Source: Acidobacteriota bacterium (GTDB lineage Bacteria; Acidobacteriota; Polarisedimenticolia; Gp22-AA2). From it: a DNA stretch of 62,525 nt. The position numbers and the translations under genes were made by a program. Positions 35,682 to 50,172 of the stretch are shown in pieces. The notes below the pieces were generated by a model. The model had not been told where the DNA came from. It did not search any database and saw only the letters and a program-made list of their open reading frames with translations. Position 1 is the stretch's first letter, and every line of letters starts with the position of its first letter. Where the stretch lies: assembly GCA_018606725.1 (NCBI GenBank), contig JAGYID010000029.1, forward strand, positions 1 to 62,525, given 5' to 3'.

Positions 35682-38600
35682 ATGCAGTGCCCCTCCTGCG
35701 GCCACTCCAACGCCGACGACCTCCGCGCTTGCCTGCGCTGTGGCTCGGACCTCGGACTGCGTCCGGCCCGGCCGGCCGCAACCGCCGTACAGACGCCGGT
35801 CCCCGAAACGCCGACGCTCGCGCTTGGCGCGGACGGCGCGGCACCGGACGCGACGCGCACCGCGTCCGGCTCCCGCGCAACCCCGACCTCCGGAACGGCG
35901 GGCGGCGGCTCCCCCGCCGGCCGGCTGGCACCCGGCCACCGGCTGGGGCCGCGTTACGAAATCGCCGGCGTCCTCGGCGAGGGCGGCATGGGGACGGTCT
36001 ACAAGGCGGTCGACCACGAGCTCGGCCGCACCGTGGCGCTGAAGGTCATCCGGCCCGACATGGCGGCGCGCCCGGAGGTCCTGGAGCGCTTCCGCCGCGA
36101 GATCCTGCTGGCCAGCAAGGTGACGCACCGCCACGTGCTGCGCATCCACGACCTGGGCGAGGCCGGCGGCATCCGCTTCATCTCGATGGCCTATGTCGAG
36201 GGGAGCGATCTCAAGTCGATCCTGCGGCGCGACGGAGCCCTGCCGGCGGAGCGGGCGCTGCCCCTGTTCAACCAGATCGCCGAGGCGCTGCAGGCGGCGC
36301 ACGATGCCGGCATCGCGCACCGCGACCTGAAGCCGCAGAACATCCTGGTCGACGGCGACGGCCAGGCGTTCATCGCCGACTTCGGCATCTCGCGCTCGCT
36401 CGACGCCGGCTCGACGATGACCGAGACCGGCGCCGTCCTCGGCACGGTCGACTACATGTCGCCCGAGCAGGCGCGCGGCGAGACGCCGGACCACCGCGGC
36501 GACATCTACGCCCTCGGGATCATCATGTACGAGGTCCTCACCGGGACGCTGCCGTTCCGGTCGGACAATCCCCTCTCCGTCATGGTGAAGCGGACCCACG
36601 AGGACGCGCCGGCGGTGCGCCGCGTTCGCCCCGACATCCCCGCCTGGCTGGAGGCGATCGTGGCGCGCGCCATGGAGCGCGACCCCGCCGCCCGGTATCA
36701 GAGCGCCGCCGCGCTGCGGCGCGATCTGGAGCGGCGCCGCGCCGCGGTCGGCTGGCGCCGGTTGGCGAAGACGAAAATCGTCGCGCCAGCGGCCGCCCTG
36801 ATCGCCGCCGCCGCGATCATCCTGCTGATCACGACCTTCAGGCGGGGCGGCGCCGGCGGGACAGTGCCCCCACCGACGCCCACCCTGCCGAAGACGGCCC
36901 TGGCAGTGCTGCCTTTCCGCAACGCCACCGGCGATGCGCGGTTCGACTGGGCCAGGAACGGGCTTCCAGAGCTGCTGCGCGGCGAGCTCGGGCGGACGGC
37001 GGCGCTGCGGGTGGCGGGCGACGACCGGGTGCGCGGCACCCTCGGCGCCCTGCAGGCCGCCGGCGACGATCTCGAGCGGCCCGCCACCATCCAGCGGGTC
37101 GCCTCGCTGGCCGGGGTCGACACGGTCCTGACCGGCAGCCTGATGAAGGTCGGCGGTCAGTTCCGCATGAGCGCCACGCTGTGGCGCGCCGGCGCTTCGA
37201 CCGCGACCTCCGATCCGCCGCTCGACGTCAGCGGCAGCGGCGAGGAGGCGATCTTCACGATGGCGCGCGAGCTCGCCGGCAAGGTCCGCGGCGACCTCGG
37301 GATCTCCGCCTCGGCGGGGCTCCCCGGCGGCGCCGCAGCGGCGGAACCGGCCCTGTCGACCCGCTCGGTCGAGAGCCTGCGCCTGTTCGAGGAGGGGCTC
37401 GAGCTGCGGCGCGCCGGCAACGATCTCGAGGCCGCCAGGAGGTTCGAGGGGGCGGCCGGCGCCGACTCCGGCTTCGCCCTCGCCCGGGCGGAGCTCGCCG
37501 CGACCTACCAGAGCCTTGGCGAGGCCGACAAGGCGGTCCGCGAGGCCGACGCGGCGGCCGGCGCGCTGCGGGGCGCGGGGCCGCTCGAGGCGGCACGAGT
37601 GCGCGCCATCCGTGCGGAGGTGACCAATGATCTGCCGGCGGCGGAGAAGGCGCGGGCCGAGATCGCGGCGCTCCTGCCCGGCAGCGCCGACGCGCTCTAC
37701 GACCTCGCCGCGGTCCAGGAGGACAAGGGCGACCTCGCGGCGGCGCGCGCCTCCCTCGAACGCGTCGTGGCCCTCGATCCCAAACATGCGAGCGCCCGCT
37801 TCATGCTCGGCCGGGTGCGTTTCAAGACGGGCGACCCGCAGGGGGCGCTCACCGATTTCAACGGCGCGCTGGGGCTGCACCTCGAGTCCGGCAACGAAGA
37901 GGGGCGGGCGACCGCCCTCAACGGCCTGGGCGGCGCCTACCGGACGCTCGGCAAGAACGACGAGGCCCTCAAACACCTGCACGAGGCCCTGGAGATCCGC
38001 CGGCGGATCGGCGACCGGCGCGGCACGGCCGCGACGCTCACCAACATCGGCCTGATCCTGGCCTACCAGGGGAAGACGGCGGAGGCGATCACCGCGCTCC
38101 AGGAAGTGATGTCGATCGATCGCGACATCGGCAACCACAAGGGGCTCGCCGAGGCCCACACCTATCTCGGGGACATCTATCAGGGGGTCGGGCGCAACGA
38201 GGAAGCGCTGGCCGCTTACCAGGAGAGTCTCAAAGTGGTGAAGGAGATCGGCGACGACAGCCTTCTGGCCGGCAGCCTGAGCAGCGTCGGTTACGTCAAC
38301 ATGCTCCTCGGGCGGTACCTCGATGCGTTCTTCTTCATGAAGGACGCGCTCGACAAGCGGCGCGCCCTCGGGGACAAGCTCGAAATCCTCCGGTCGCTCA
38401 TCGATATCGGCGTGATCGAGCAGGTGCAGGGGCGCTATGACGAAGCGCTGAAGTACGACGACGAGGGGCTGGCCCTGGCGCGCGACACGTCCAACCAGGC
38501 GGGGATCGCCACGCTCGACATCAACCTGGCGAACATCCATGAGGACCGGGGGGATTTCGGCGGAGCGCTGGCCCTGCTCGACGACGCGGTGGCGCTCTGC

Positions 38601-39332
38601 CGTCAGGGCGAGGACCCCTCGACCCTGGCGGTGGCTCTCTCCTACACCGGCAGCGTCCGTTTGCGGATCGGAGACTTCGCCGCCGCCGCGGCGGCACTCG
38701 ATGAGTCGGACAAGGTGGCCGCCGAGATGGGGAGCCGCGCCACCGCCGCCGAGACCGGCATCTACCGCGGCGAGCTCCTGGCGGCGCGCGGCCGGTCGGC
38801 CGAGGCGGCGGCCGCCTTCCGGAAGGCGGTCGCGGAGGCCCGGCAGGTGGGCGACCGTCGCCTGTTTCTCCTCGCCCGACTGCGCGCCGCCGAGGCCGGC
38901 CGATCGGCGGGCGGGCTCGAAGCGGTGCGCCGCGAGGCGGAATCCGCCGGCCTGCGGCCGCTCCTCGCCCCCGCCAGTCTGGCCGCCGCGCGGCTGAACT
39001 CCGCCGCCGGGCGCTTCGAGACCGCCGCACGCCATGCCGCGCTGGCGGAAACCGCCGCATCCTCGCTGGGACAGCGCGACCTGCTCTTCCAGTCCCGGCA
39101 CCTGGCGGGTTCGCTCCTGGCGCGCCAGGGGAAGACGTCCGAGGCCGCCGCCCGCTACCGTGCCGCCCTCGACCCGCTCACCGACATCCTCGCCGGCCTG
39201 AAGGGAGACCCGCGCACCAGGTTTCTCGCCCGCCCCGCCACCGCCTCATTCCGCGCCGAGGCGTCCCTGTTGTTCCAAAATGCGAACCTCGGCGACGACG
39301 CCCGCCGCCTCGAGAGCGCCACTGCCCCCTGA
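35682..39332 (+). CDS. Hanks-type Ser/Thr protein kinase with an N-terminal Zn ribbon, a TM segment and an extracytoplasmic TPR array
   Basis: CPSC...CLRC, GEGGMG, VALK, HRDLKPQN, DFG and YMSPE. TM AAALIAAAAIILLI, LAVLPF and many TPRs. Confidence 0.95.
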   Translation: MQCPSCGHSNADDLRACLRCGSDLGLRPARPAATAVQTPVPETPTLALGADGAAPDATRTASGSRATPTSGTAGGGSPAGRLAPGHRLGPRYEIAGVLGEGGMGTVYKAVDHELGRTVALKVIRPDMAARPEVLERFRREILLASKVTHRHVLRIHDLGEAGGIRFISMAYVEGSDLKSILRRDGALPAERALPLFNQIAEALQAAHDAGIAHRDLKPQNILVDGDGQAFIADFGISRSLDAGSTMTETGAVLGTVDYMSPEQARGETPDHRGDIYALGIIMYEVLTGTLPFRSDNPLSVMVKRTHEDAPAVRRVRPDIPAWLEAIVARAMERDPAARYQSAAALRRDLERRRAAVGWRRLAKTKIVAPAAALIAAAAIILLITTFRRGGAGGTVPPPTPTLPKTALAVLPFRNATGDARFDWARNGLPELLRGELGRTAALRVAGDDRVRGTLGALQAAGDDLERPATIQRVASLAGVDTVLTGSLMKVGGQFRMSATLWRAGASTATSDPPLDVSGSGEEAIFTMARELAGKVRGDLGISASAGLPGGAAAAEPALSTRSVESLRLFEEGLELRRAGNDLEAARRFEGAAGADSGFALARAELAATYQSLGEADKAVREADAAAGALRGAGPLEAARVRAIRAEVTNDLPAAEKARAEIAALLPGSADALYDLAAVQEDKGDLAAARASLERVVALDPKHASARFMLGRVRFKTGDPQGALTDFNGALGLHLESGNEEGRATALNGLGGAYRTLGKNDEALKHLHEALEIRRRIGDRRGTAATLTNIGLILAYQGKTAEAITALQEVMSIDRDIGNHKGLAEAHTYLGDIYQGVGRNEEALAAYQESLKVVKEIGDDSLLAGSLSSVGYVNMLLGRYLDAFFFMKDALDKRRALGDKLEILRSLIDIGVIEQVQGRYDEALKYDDEGLALARDTSNQAGIATLDINLANIHEDRGDFGGALALLDDAVALCRQGEDPSTLAVALSYTGSVRLRIGDFAAAAAALDESDKVAAEMGSRATAAETGIYRGELLAARGRSAEAAAAFRKAVAEARQVGDRRLFLLARLRAAEAGRSAGGLEAVRREAESAGLRPLLAPASLAAARLNSAAGRFETAARHAALAETAASSLGQRDLLFQSRHLAGSLLARQGKTSEAAARYRAALDPLTDILAGLKGDPRTRFLARPATASFRAEASLLFQNANLGDDARRLESATAP

Positions 39333-39495
39333 GCGGGGGCGGCGCCCCCGCCGCCGGGGGGCTCCCATCGGCGGTCACCGATCGATAGGACCTTGACAGC
39401 GGCCTCCGTTCGGGCATATTTTCGCGCCAGTGCTTTCGGAAACTTCCCGTCCACTTTGAACAATTCGCCGGCCCCACCGGTGGAGAGACAAGCCC

Positions 39496-41511
<2,016 letters not shown>

Positions 41512-41517
41512 GTCGCC

Positions 41518-43227
41518 ATGGACTTTCTGACCATCATTGCGGCGGACGGCCGGACCATCCGGCAGGACATCACCGCGTCGTCGCTGCGCATCGGCCGGGG
41601 CTCCGGCAACGATCTCGTCCTCCAGGACTTGAACGTGTCACGGGTGCACGCCGAGATCCTCCGGCGCGAGGACGGTTATTACGTCCTCGACGCCGGCGGC
41701 AAGAACGGCACCTTCCTGAACGGCCGGCGGATCACCGAGCCGGGGCTGCTCGCCCCCGGCGATCGGGTGCGGCTCGGGACGACCACGCTGGTGTTCAACG
41801 GCCTGCCGGCCAGCCCGGTCGAGTTCGACGACCGGCCGCTGGCCGGCCAGGGGACGGCGATCCTGCCGGCCGGGTCGGCGGTGCTGCGCGCCGGCGCCGC
41901 GGCGATGCCGACGCCGGCCGGGCGCGGCGAGGTGCCGACTCCGGCGCCATTCAGCGGCGGGTTCGGCGGCCTGCCGACCCCGCCGGCGGTCTCCGGCGCC
42001 GCCTTCCAGGAGATCTACGAAGAGGCCGACCGCGAGCTGGTGTTCCATCGCCCGCTCGACGAGATCCTCGACACCATCATGGACCTCGCGTCGAGGGCGG
42101 CCCGCTTCGAGCGCGGCGTGCTGATGCTCCTCGAGAACGACCGGCTGGTACCGCGCGTCGTCCGCGTGCCGGCATCGGAGGCCGGCCGCACCGTTTCGAT
42201 GAGCCGCACCATCACCGACCGCGTGATGCGCCAGAAGGAGTCGGTGCTGACGGCCGACGCGTTGTTCGACGATCGGTTCAAGGCCGGGCAGAGCGTCGAG
42301 GCGCAGCAGATCCGCTCGGTGATCTGCGTGCCGTTGTGGAACAACCGTGACGTGATCGGGTTGATCTACGTCGACAGCCGCCGCCTCAGCGGACTGTTCA
42401 CCGAGCGCGACCTGCGCCTGTTGACCCACCTCGCCAACGTCGCGGCGGTCAAGATCGAGAACGCCCGCCTGTTCGAGCAGGTGGTGGCGGCCGAGCGCAT
42501 GGCGCAGGAGCTGGAGCGCGCCGCCGAGATCCAGAATCATCTGTTGCCCGCCGAGGGGCCGCCGATCCCCGGCTATCAGGTGTGCGGCAGCAGCGTCCCC
42601 TGCCGCGCCGTGGGGGGCGACTATTACGATTACATCCCCCTGCCGGGCGGGCGCTGCGCCATCGCCCTGGGGGACGTCGCCGGCAAGGGACTGCCGGCGG
42701 CCCTGCTGATGTGCTCGCTGCACGCCACCCTGCGGGCCCTCATGGAGCTGGACCTGCCGCCGGCGGAGACCATGAGCCGCATGAACCGGCTGCTGGCCCG
42801 CTCGATCCCGGCCAACCGTTTCGTGACCTTCTTTCTCGGAATCCTCGACCCGGCGCGGCACGCGCTGCTGTACGTCAATGCCGGGCACAACGCGCCGTTT
42901 CTGGTGCGCGCCATCGGCGGCGACCCCGAGCGCCTGGAGCGGACCGGGCGGCCGCTGGGGCTGTTCGAGACCTCGCCTTACGAGGCGCGCGAGACGGCAC
43001 TGCGGCCGGGGGACCTGCTGGTGTGCTACAGCGACGGCGTGACCGAGGAACGCAACGCCGGCGGCGAGGAGTTCGGCGAGGAGCGTCTGCTCGAGCTGGC
43101 GCGCCGGCCGGCAGACGACCTGCCCACCGCCATCGTCGAGCGGGTCACCGCCGCCGTCGGCGAGCACCACACCGGCAGCCCGCCGCAGGACGACATCACC
43201 CTGGTCGTCCTGAAGCGCACCGGCTGA
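41518..43227 (+). CDS. FHA-GAF-PP2C (SpoIIE/RsbU-like) phosphatase
   Basis: FHA (IGR...VSRVH...NGTFLNG), GAF (RSVICVPL) and PP2C (GGDYYD, DVAGKG, SDGVTE, DDIT). Confidence 0.94.
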   Translation: MDFLTIIAADGRTIRQDITASSLRIGRGSGNDLVLQDLNVSRVHAEILRREDGYYVLDAGGKNGTFLNGRRITEPGLLAPGDRVRLGTTTLVFNGLPASPVEFDDRPLAGQGTAILPAGSAVLRAGAAAMPTPAGRGEVPTPAPFSGGFGGLPTPPAVSGAAFQEIYEEADRELVFHRPLDEILDTIMDLASRAARFERGVLMLLENDRLVPRVVRVPASEAGRTVSMSRTITDRVMRQKESVLTADALFDDRFKAGQSVEAQQIRSVICVPLWNNRDVIGLIYVDSRRLSGLFTERDLRLLTHLANVAAVKIENARLFEQVVAAERMAQELERAAEIQNHLLPAEGPPIPGYQVCGSSVPCRAVGGDYYDYIPLPGGRCAIALGDVAGKGLPAALLMCSLHATLRALMELDLPPAETMSRMNRLLARSIPANRFVTFFLGILDPARHALLYVNAGHNAPFLVRAIGGDPERLERTGRPLGLFETSPYEARETALRPGDLLVCYSDGVTEERNAGGEEFGEERLLELARRPADDLPTAIVERVTAAVGEHHTGSPPQDDITLVVLKRTG

Positions 43228-43261
43228 CGCGCCCGACGCATCCGCTGCGGGGCCGGCGGGC

Positions 43262-45007
43262 TCAGCCGATCAGATCCTCGCCGTAGCCGCCCATCTCGCA
43301 GGTGAGATCGCTGACGCGGGTGACGTTGGCGTCCTGGTTGTTCTCGACCTGGTACAGCAGGCGCCGGATCCGCCGCCAGGCGGCGTTGCCGAAGGTGCGG
43401 GTCATCAAGATGTCGCGCCGCGCCGACGCTTCCCCCGCCTGGGCGATGCGGGTGTTGGCGCGCGACAGGCAGGCGATCAGGGCGTACAGGTCGCCGGCCG
43501 CCTCCGACAGGCGTTCCTGCACGTACTCGCGCTCGATGATCCCCTTGCCGTGCTGCCGCAGCGCCTTCTCCGCCGTCACCGACAGCGCCTCGGCGTAGTG
43601 CGCGGCGCGCGCCGCGGTCTTCTGCAGCGGCGGGCGGATGTCCGGGAACTGTTCGTCGGTGATCGCCTGCCGGATCTTCTTCACCGCGAACTCCGACAGC
43701 ACGCCGATCTGGGAGATCGGGTCCTTCAGCGCCTGCCCCACCTTCTTCAGCTCCTCGCCGAGGTTCTGCACCCCGGCGAGCGCCACGAACACGCGCAGGA
43801 TCTCGTTGGTGCCCTCGAAGATCATGTTGATCCGGCAGTCGCGCAGGTAGCGCTCGTACGGGTACTCGCGGATGAAGCCGTTGCCGCCGGCGATCTGCAC
43901 GGCGTGGTTGACCACCCGCCAGGCGTTCTCGGAGGAGAAGATCTTCGACAGGGCGGACTCGATCGAGTAATCGATGCCGCCGCGCTCCGCCAGGCCGGTC
44001 GTCAAATAAACCATGCTCTCGGCGGCGTAGGTGCCGGTCACCATCTCGGCGATCTTGGCGCGGATCATCTCGAACTCGGCGATCGGCCGGTCGAACTGGC
44101 GGCGCTGGCGGGCGAACTCGACCGCCCGGTCGATCATCTCCTTGGCGCCGCCGACGGCGCCGGCCGCCAGCGACACGCGGCCGTCGTTGAGGATCTCCAT
44201 GGCGTACTTGAAGCCGCGCCCCGGCTCGCCGAGCAGGTTCCCCTTCGGCACCGGTACGTTCGCCAGATACAGATCGGTGGTCGACGAGCCCTTCAGGCCG
44301 AGCTTCTCCTCCTCCTTGCCGGTCGACACGCCGGGCAGGTCACGCGTGACGATGAAGGCGCTGATCGTGTCCTTGCCGCCGATCTCCGTGCGGGCGAAGA
44401 CGGTGTACAGCCCGGCGTGGCCGCCGTTGGTGATGTAGCGCTTGGTGCCGTTCAACACCCAGACATCCTTTGCGGGGTCCCAGACGGCGCGGGTTTTCAG
44501 CGACGCGGCGTCCGAGCCGGAGGTCGGCTCGGTCAGGGCGTAGGCGGCGAGCAGCTCCCCCTTCGCCACCAGCGGCAGGAAGCGTTTCTTCTGATCGTCG
44601 CTGCCGTACAGGAGGATCCCCTTGCTGCCGATGCCGAGGTGGGCCCCGACGATGGTGCAGGTGCTGGCGCAGTAGCGGCAGACCTCCTCCATGACCCGGC
44701 AGTAGGAGGTCAACGGCAGCCCGGCGCCGCCGTACTCCTCCGGCACGGTCAGGCCGAGCATGCCAAGATCCTTGAGGTCCTTGACGACCTGCACCGGGAA
44801 CGTGGCGGCGTGGTCGATGGCCGCCCCGTCGAGGTGTTCCTTCGCCCAGTCGCGGAACGACTCGAGGACCAGCCGCAGCGTGTCGCGCGCCTCGTCGCTC
44901 TGCCGCGGGTACGGGAAGACCATCGAGCTTTCGAGGTGGCCCGCGAACAGCGCCTTCATGAAGCTCTTCGCCGGCACCCTGTCGCCGTCCTTGCCTCCCT
45001 TGCCCAT
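43262..45007 (-). CDS. Acyl-CoA dehydrogenase (long form, VLCAD/ACAD9-like)
   Basis: ALTEPTSGSDA, GTKRYITNG, KLGLKGS, RRQFDRPI, GGNGF and IFEGTNEILR. Confidence 0.94.
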   Translation of the reverse strand: MGKGGKDGDRVPAKSFMKALFAGHLESSMVFPYPRQSDEARDTLRLVLESFRDWAKEHLDGAAIDHAATFPVQVVKDLKDLGMLGLTVPEEYGGAGLPLTSYCRVMEEVCRYCASTCTIVGAHLGIGSKGILLYGSDDQKKRFLPLVAKGELLAAYALTEPTSGSDAASLKTRAVWDPAKDVWVLNGTKRYITNGGHAGLYTVFARTEIGGKDTISAFIVTRDLPGVSTGKEEEKLGLKGSSTTDLYLANVPVPKGNLLGEPGRGFKYAMEILNDGRVSLAAGAVGGAKEMIDRAVEFARQRRQFDRPIAEFEMIRAKIAEMVTGTYAAESMVYLTTGLAERGGIDYSIESALSKIFSSENAWRVVNHAVQIAGGNGFIREYPYERYLRDCRINMIFEGTNEILRVFVALAGVQNLGEELKKVGQALKDPISQIGVLSEFAVKKIRQAITDEQFPDIRPPLQKTAARAAHYAEALSVTAEKALRQHGKGIIEREYVQERLSEAAGDLYALIACLSRANTRIAQAGEASARRDILMTRTFGNAAWRRIRRLLYQVENNQDANVTRVSDLTCEMGGYGEDLIG

Positions 45008-45008
45008 A

Positions 45009-47225
45009 TCACCCTCTCTCGTAGAAGCCGCGCCCGTCGCGGGCCAGCTCAAGAAGATAGCGCGCCGCGAGGAAGCGCGGGCCGTAGCGGCCCGCCATCG
45101 CCTCGAGCCCCTGGACGATGGTCGCCGTCCCCAGGCTGTCGGCGTGCCGCAGCAGCCCGCCGCGGAATGCCGGGAAGCCGGTGCCGAACACCATCGCCAG
45201 GTCGACCTGTCCCGGGGCGCGCACGATGCCCGACTCCAGGCAGCGGGCGGCCTCGTTGATCATCGGGAACACCAGTCGGTTCTCGGCGGCCGCCGGATCG
45301 ATCGGCTGCCGCGCCGCCGACGCCAGGAGACCGTAGACCCCCGTGTTCGCCTCGCGCGGCGCGCCCGGGCGCCGCCCGCCGTCGTCGTCACCGCCGCCGT
45401 CGCCGGGCGGACCGGCGTAGACGTAGAAGCCGCGGCCCGACTTGCGGCCCAGCCAGCCCTTCTCCTTCATCGAGGCCAAGAGCCCCGAGCGGGGCGCGCG
45501 GTCGCGGAACGCCTCGGTCAGGACGCCGGCCACGTGCAGGGCGACGTCGAGACCGATCTGATCCAGCAGCGCGCACGGCCCCATCGGCATGCCGAACGCC
45601 AGCATGGTCCTGTCGATGTCGTCGATGCGCGCCCCCTCCTCGACCAGCAGCAGCGCTTCGCCGAGGTAGGCCATCAGGATCCTGTTGACCAGGAAGCCGG
45701 GCGCATCGCCGACCACGACCGGCGTCTTGCCGATCCGCTTCGCCAGGGCGACCGCGGTGGCCACCGTCTGGTCCGAAGTCTGCGGCCCCCGCACCACTTC
45801 GACCAGCGGCATCTTGTGGACCGGGTTGAAGAAATGCAGCCCGACGACGTTCTCGGGGTGGCGCGCCCGGGAGGCGATCGAATCGATCGGCAGCGACGAG
45901 GTGTTGGTCGCGAAGATGCAGGCCTCGCCGATGACCTCCTCGATGTCCCGCAGGACGCGGCGCTTGACCTCGAGCGATTCGACGACCGCCTCGATGACGA
46001 TGTCGGCGCGGCGGAAGCCGGTCGGGTCGAGGGTCGGGCGCAGCAGCGCCATGCGCCGGTCGAACTCGCGCCGGTCGATCCGTTTCTTCTTCAACTCGGC
46101 GCGATTCAGGTCCCAAGCGGCGCGCATGCCGCGCGCCAGCGGCGCGAGATCGATGTCCTTCAGACGGACCGGCAGGCCGGCGCGCGTCAGGGACTGGGCG
46201 ATGCCGCCCCCCATGACGCCTGCTCCGAGGACCGCCGCGGCGCGCAGATCGCGCGGCCGCACCGACGGGTCCTGGACGCCCGGGTCGCGGCGCGCTTCCT
46301 GGCGCAGGAAGAACAGCGACACGAGGCTCTTGCATGTGCGGCTGGCGGCGAGCTGGCCCAGCAGGTGGGCCTCGCGACGCAGGCCGGCCTCCATGCCGTA
46401 ACGCAGCCCGTGCACCACCGCCTCGATCGCCCGGTACGGCGCCGGGTACTCGGCTTCGTGGACTCGTGCGCGCAGCGTCCGCCGCGCCATCCGCCCCGCG
46501 GCCGCGGTCACCATCCAGCGAACCGGGTTGTAGCGCGCCGCCGGCGAGTCGCTCAGGGCGCGGCGCGGCCGGCGGTGCCCCGCGGCGGCGGCCAGGGCCA
46601 GCCGCTCCGCCGCCTCCAGCAGCGTCTCCGGCGGGGCGACGGCATCGACCAGGCCGAGCTTGAGCGCTTTGCGCGCATTCACCGAGCGCGCCCCGAGGAT
46701 CAGGTCGAGGGCGGGGCCGATCCCCAGCAGCCGCGGCAGGCGCTGCGTCCCGCCCCACCCCGGGATGATCCCCAGGCTCACTTCCGGCAATCCGATCTCG
46801 ACCCGCGCGTCGTCGGCGGCGACGCGGAAATGGCAGGCGAGGGCCAGCTCGGTGCCGCCACCGAGACAGGTGCCGTTGATCGCCGCGACCACCGGGAACG
46901 GCAGCCGGTCCATGGTGTCGAACAGCCGCTGTCCGCGGCGCGAGGCGCTCTCGGCGTCCTGGATGGTCCGCAGCGCCGCGATCTCCGAGACGTCGGCGCC
47001 GGCGATGAACGAACCGGGCTTGGCGCTGGTGACGATCATGGCGCGCACGTCCTTGTCGCGCGCCGCCTGGTCGAGCAGGATCTCGAGCACCGCGACCACC
47101 GGCCCGCCGAGGACGTTCACCTTCTCCTGCGGCCGGTCGAAGATCAGGAACGCCAGGCCGTCGCGCCGGGTCTCGAGGGTGACCCCCGGGCCATCGAGGC
47201 GCAGGGTGCGGTCGCCTTCGTCCAT
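45009..47225 (-). CDS. fadJ: Fatty-acid oxidation complex alpha subunit (enoyl-CoA hydratase/3-hydroxyacyl-CoA dehydrogenase)
   Basis: FIAGAD, CLGGGTELAL, GLPEV, GAGVMGGGIA, TNTSS and HFFNPV. Confidence 0.92.
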   Translation of the reverse strand: MDEGDRTLRLDGPGVTLETRRDGLAFLIFDRPQEKVNVLGGPVVAVLEILLDQAARDKDVRAMIVTSAKPGSFIAGADVSEIAALRTIQDAESASRRGQRLFDTMDRLPFPVVAAINGTCLGGGTELALACHFRVAADDARVEIGLPEVSLGIIPGWGGTQRLPRLLGIGPALDLILGARSVNARKALKLGLVDAVAPPETLLEAAERLALAAAAGHRRPRRALSDSPAARYNPVRWMVTAAAGRMARRTLRARVHEAEYPAPYRAIEAVVHGLRYGMEAGLRREAHLLGQLAASRTCKSLVSLFFLRQEARRDPGVQDPSVRPRDLRAAAVLGAGVMGGGIAQSLTRAGLPVRLKDIDLAPLARGMRAAWDLNRAELKKKRIDRREFDRRMALLRPTLDPTGFRRADIVIEAVVESLEVKRRVLRDIEEVIGEACIFATNTSSLPIDSIASRARHPENVVGLHFFNPVHKMPLVEVVRGPQTSDQTVATAVALAKRIGKTPVVVGDAPGFLVNRILMAYLGEALLLVEEGARIDDIDRTMLAFGMPMGPCALLDQIGLDVALHVAGVLTEAFRDRAPRSGLLASMKEKGWLGRKSGRGFYVYAGPPGDGGGDDDGGRRPGAPREANTGVYGLLASAARQPIDPAAAENRLVFPMINEAARCLESGIVRAPGQVDLAMVFGTGFPAFRGGLLRHADSLGTATIVQGLEAMAGRYGPRFLAARYLLELARDGRGFYERG

Positions 47226-48514
47226 CACGATCGCTCCACGATGATCGCCGCGCCCTGCCCGCCGCCGATGCACAGCGCCGCCAGCCCGAGGGCCCGGTCG
47301 CGCCGGGCCATTTCCTTCAGGAGCGTCAGCACCAGCCGGACGCCGGAGCAGCCGACCGGGTGGCCGAGGGCGATGGCGCCGCCGTTGACGTTGGTGCGCG
47401 ACGGGTCCGGCTCGCCGAGCGCCGCGGCCAGCCCCAGCTCGTCGCGCGCGAAGGCCTCCGAGCCGAACGCCTGCCGCACCGCCAGCACCTGCACGGCGAA
47501 CGCTTCGTTGATCTCGAACAGGTCGAGGTCTCGCATCCCGACTCCGGCGCGCTCCAGCGCCACCGCCGCGGCGTACACCGGCCCCAGGCCCATCACCGCC
47601 GGGTCGAGCCCGGCGAAGCCGAACGAGCGGATCCTCCCGAGGTACGGGATGCCGAGGGCCCGCGCCTTCTCCTCCGAAGCGATCACCAGCGACGCGGCGC
47701 CGTCGGTGATCATGCAGGAGTTGCCGGCGGTCACCGTGCCATAGTCGCGGTCGAAGACCGGGCGCAGCCCGGCCAGCTGCTCGAGGCTCTGGTCGTCGCG
47801 CGGCCCGACGTCGTCGCGCACCGGATCCAGCCGGGGCGGCGGGAAGATCGGGACGATCTCCTGACGCAGCCGCTCGCGCGCCGCCACCGCCCGCCGGTGG
47901 CTCTCGAGCGCGAAGGCGTCCTGATCCTCCCGCGAAATGTGGAAGCGGCGCGCCAGCAGCTCGGCGGTCTCCCCCATGTTGAGCCCGCTGACGGCGTCAC
48001 GCAACCCGACCTCGAGCGCCGCGATCGGCTTCAGGTGCCGCAGCGGCACGCGCCACAGGGCGGCCAGCCGCCCCAGCGGCGTGCGCGCCTTGCGCAGGCG
48101 CATCAGGTCCTCGGTGAACGCCAGATCGAACTGCAGCGGGATGCGTGACATCGATTCGACGCCCCCGGCGACGACCACGTCGGCCAGCCCCGACTCGATG
48201 CGGTGCCAGGCCGAGACGATCGCCTGCATGCCGGAGCCGCAGTTCTGGTTGACGGTGAAGGCCGGCACCCGGCGCGGGATGCCGGCCTTGAGCGCCGCGA
48301 CCCGCGCCAGGGTGGTCGATTCGGCCGGCTGGGCGATGTTGCCGACGATGACCTCGTCGACCTCCGCCGGGTCGAGATCGATGCGGGCCATCGCCTCGGC
48401 GATGGTGAGGCGGGACAGCTCGTCGGCCGGGACGTCCTTGAGGATGCCCCACGACTTGCAGAACGGCGTGCGCACGCCGTCGAGCACGACGACGCTGCGC
48501 CGGGCCGGATTCAT
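47225..48514 (-). CDS. fadI: 3-ketoacyl-CoA thiolase
   Basis: RTPF, NCGSG, TAGNS, NEAFA, GGAIALGHPVG and CIGGGQG. Confidence 0.92.
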   Translation of the reverse strand: MNPARRSVVVLDGVRTPFCKSWGILKDVPADELSRLTIAEAMARIDLDPAEVDEVIVGNIAQPAESTTLARVAALKAGIPRRVPAFTVNQNCGSGMQAIVSAWHRIESGLADVVVAGGVESMSRIPLQFDLAFTEDLMRLRKARTPLGRLAALWRVPLRHLKPIAALEVGLRDAVSGLNMGETAELLARRFHISREDQDAFALESHRRAVAARERLRQEIVPIFPPPRLDPVRDDVGPRDDQSLEQLAGLRPVFDRDYGTVTAGNSCMITDGAASLVIASEEKARALGIPYLGRIRSFGFAGLDPAVMGLGPVYAAAVALERAGVGMRDLDLFEINEAFAVQVLAVRQAFGSEAFARDELGLAAALGEPDPSRTNVNGGAIALGHPVGCSGVRLVLTLLKEMARRDRALGLAALCIGGGQGAAIIVERS

Positions 48515-48536
48515 GCCGCCTCCCCGAAGCAACCGC

Positions 48537-49988
<1,452 letters not shown>

Positions 49989-50172
49989 GTCCTCGGACCC
50001 GCTCCCCGGCGGGATGATAGCGCAGAGCGCCCCCGGTGGCCCCTCCGACATCCTCCAAACCCTCCTCTCCACCTTCACGAGACGACCCGTGCGGCGGCCC
50101 GCGGGCACGACCATCCACTGCGACGGGTGAAATTGCCCCGGTCGTTGACTCCCCTCCGGGGACTGCCGCAGA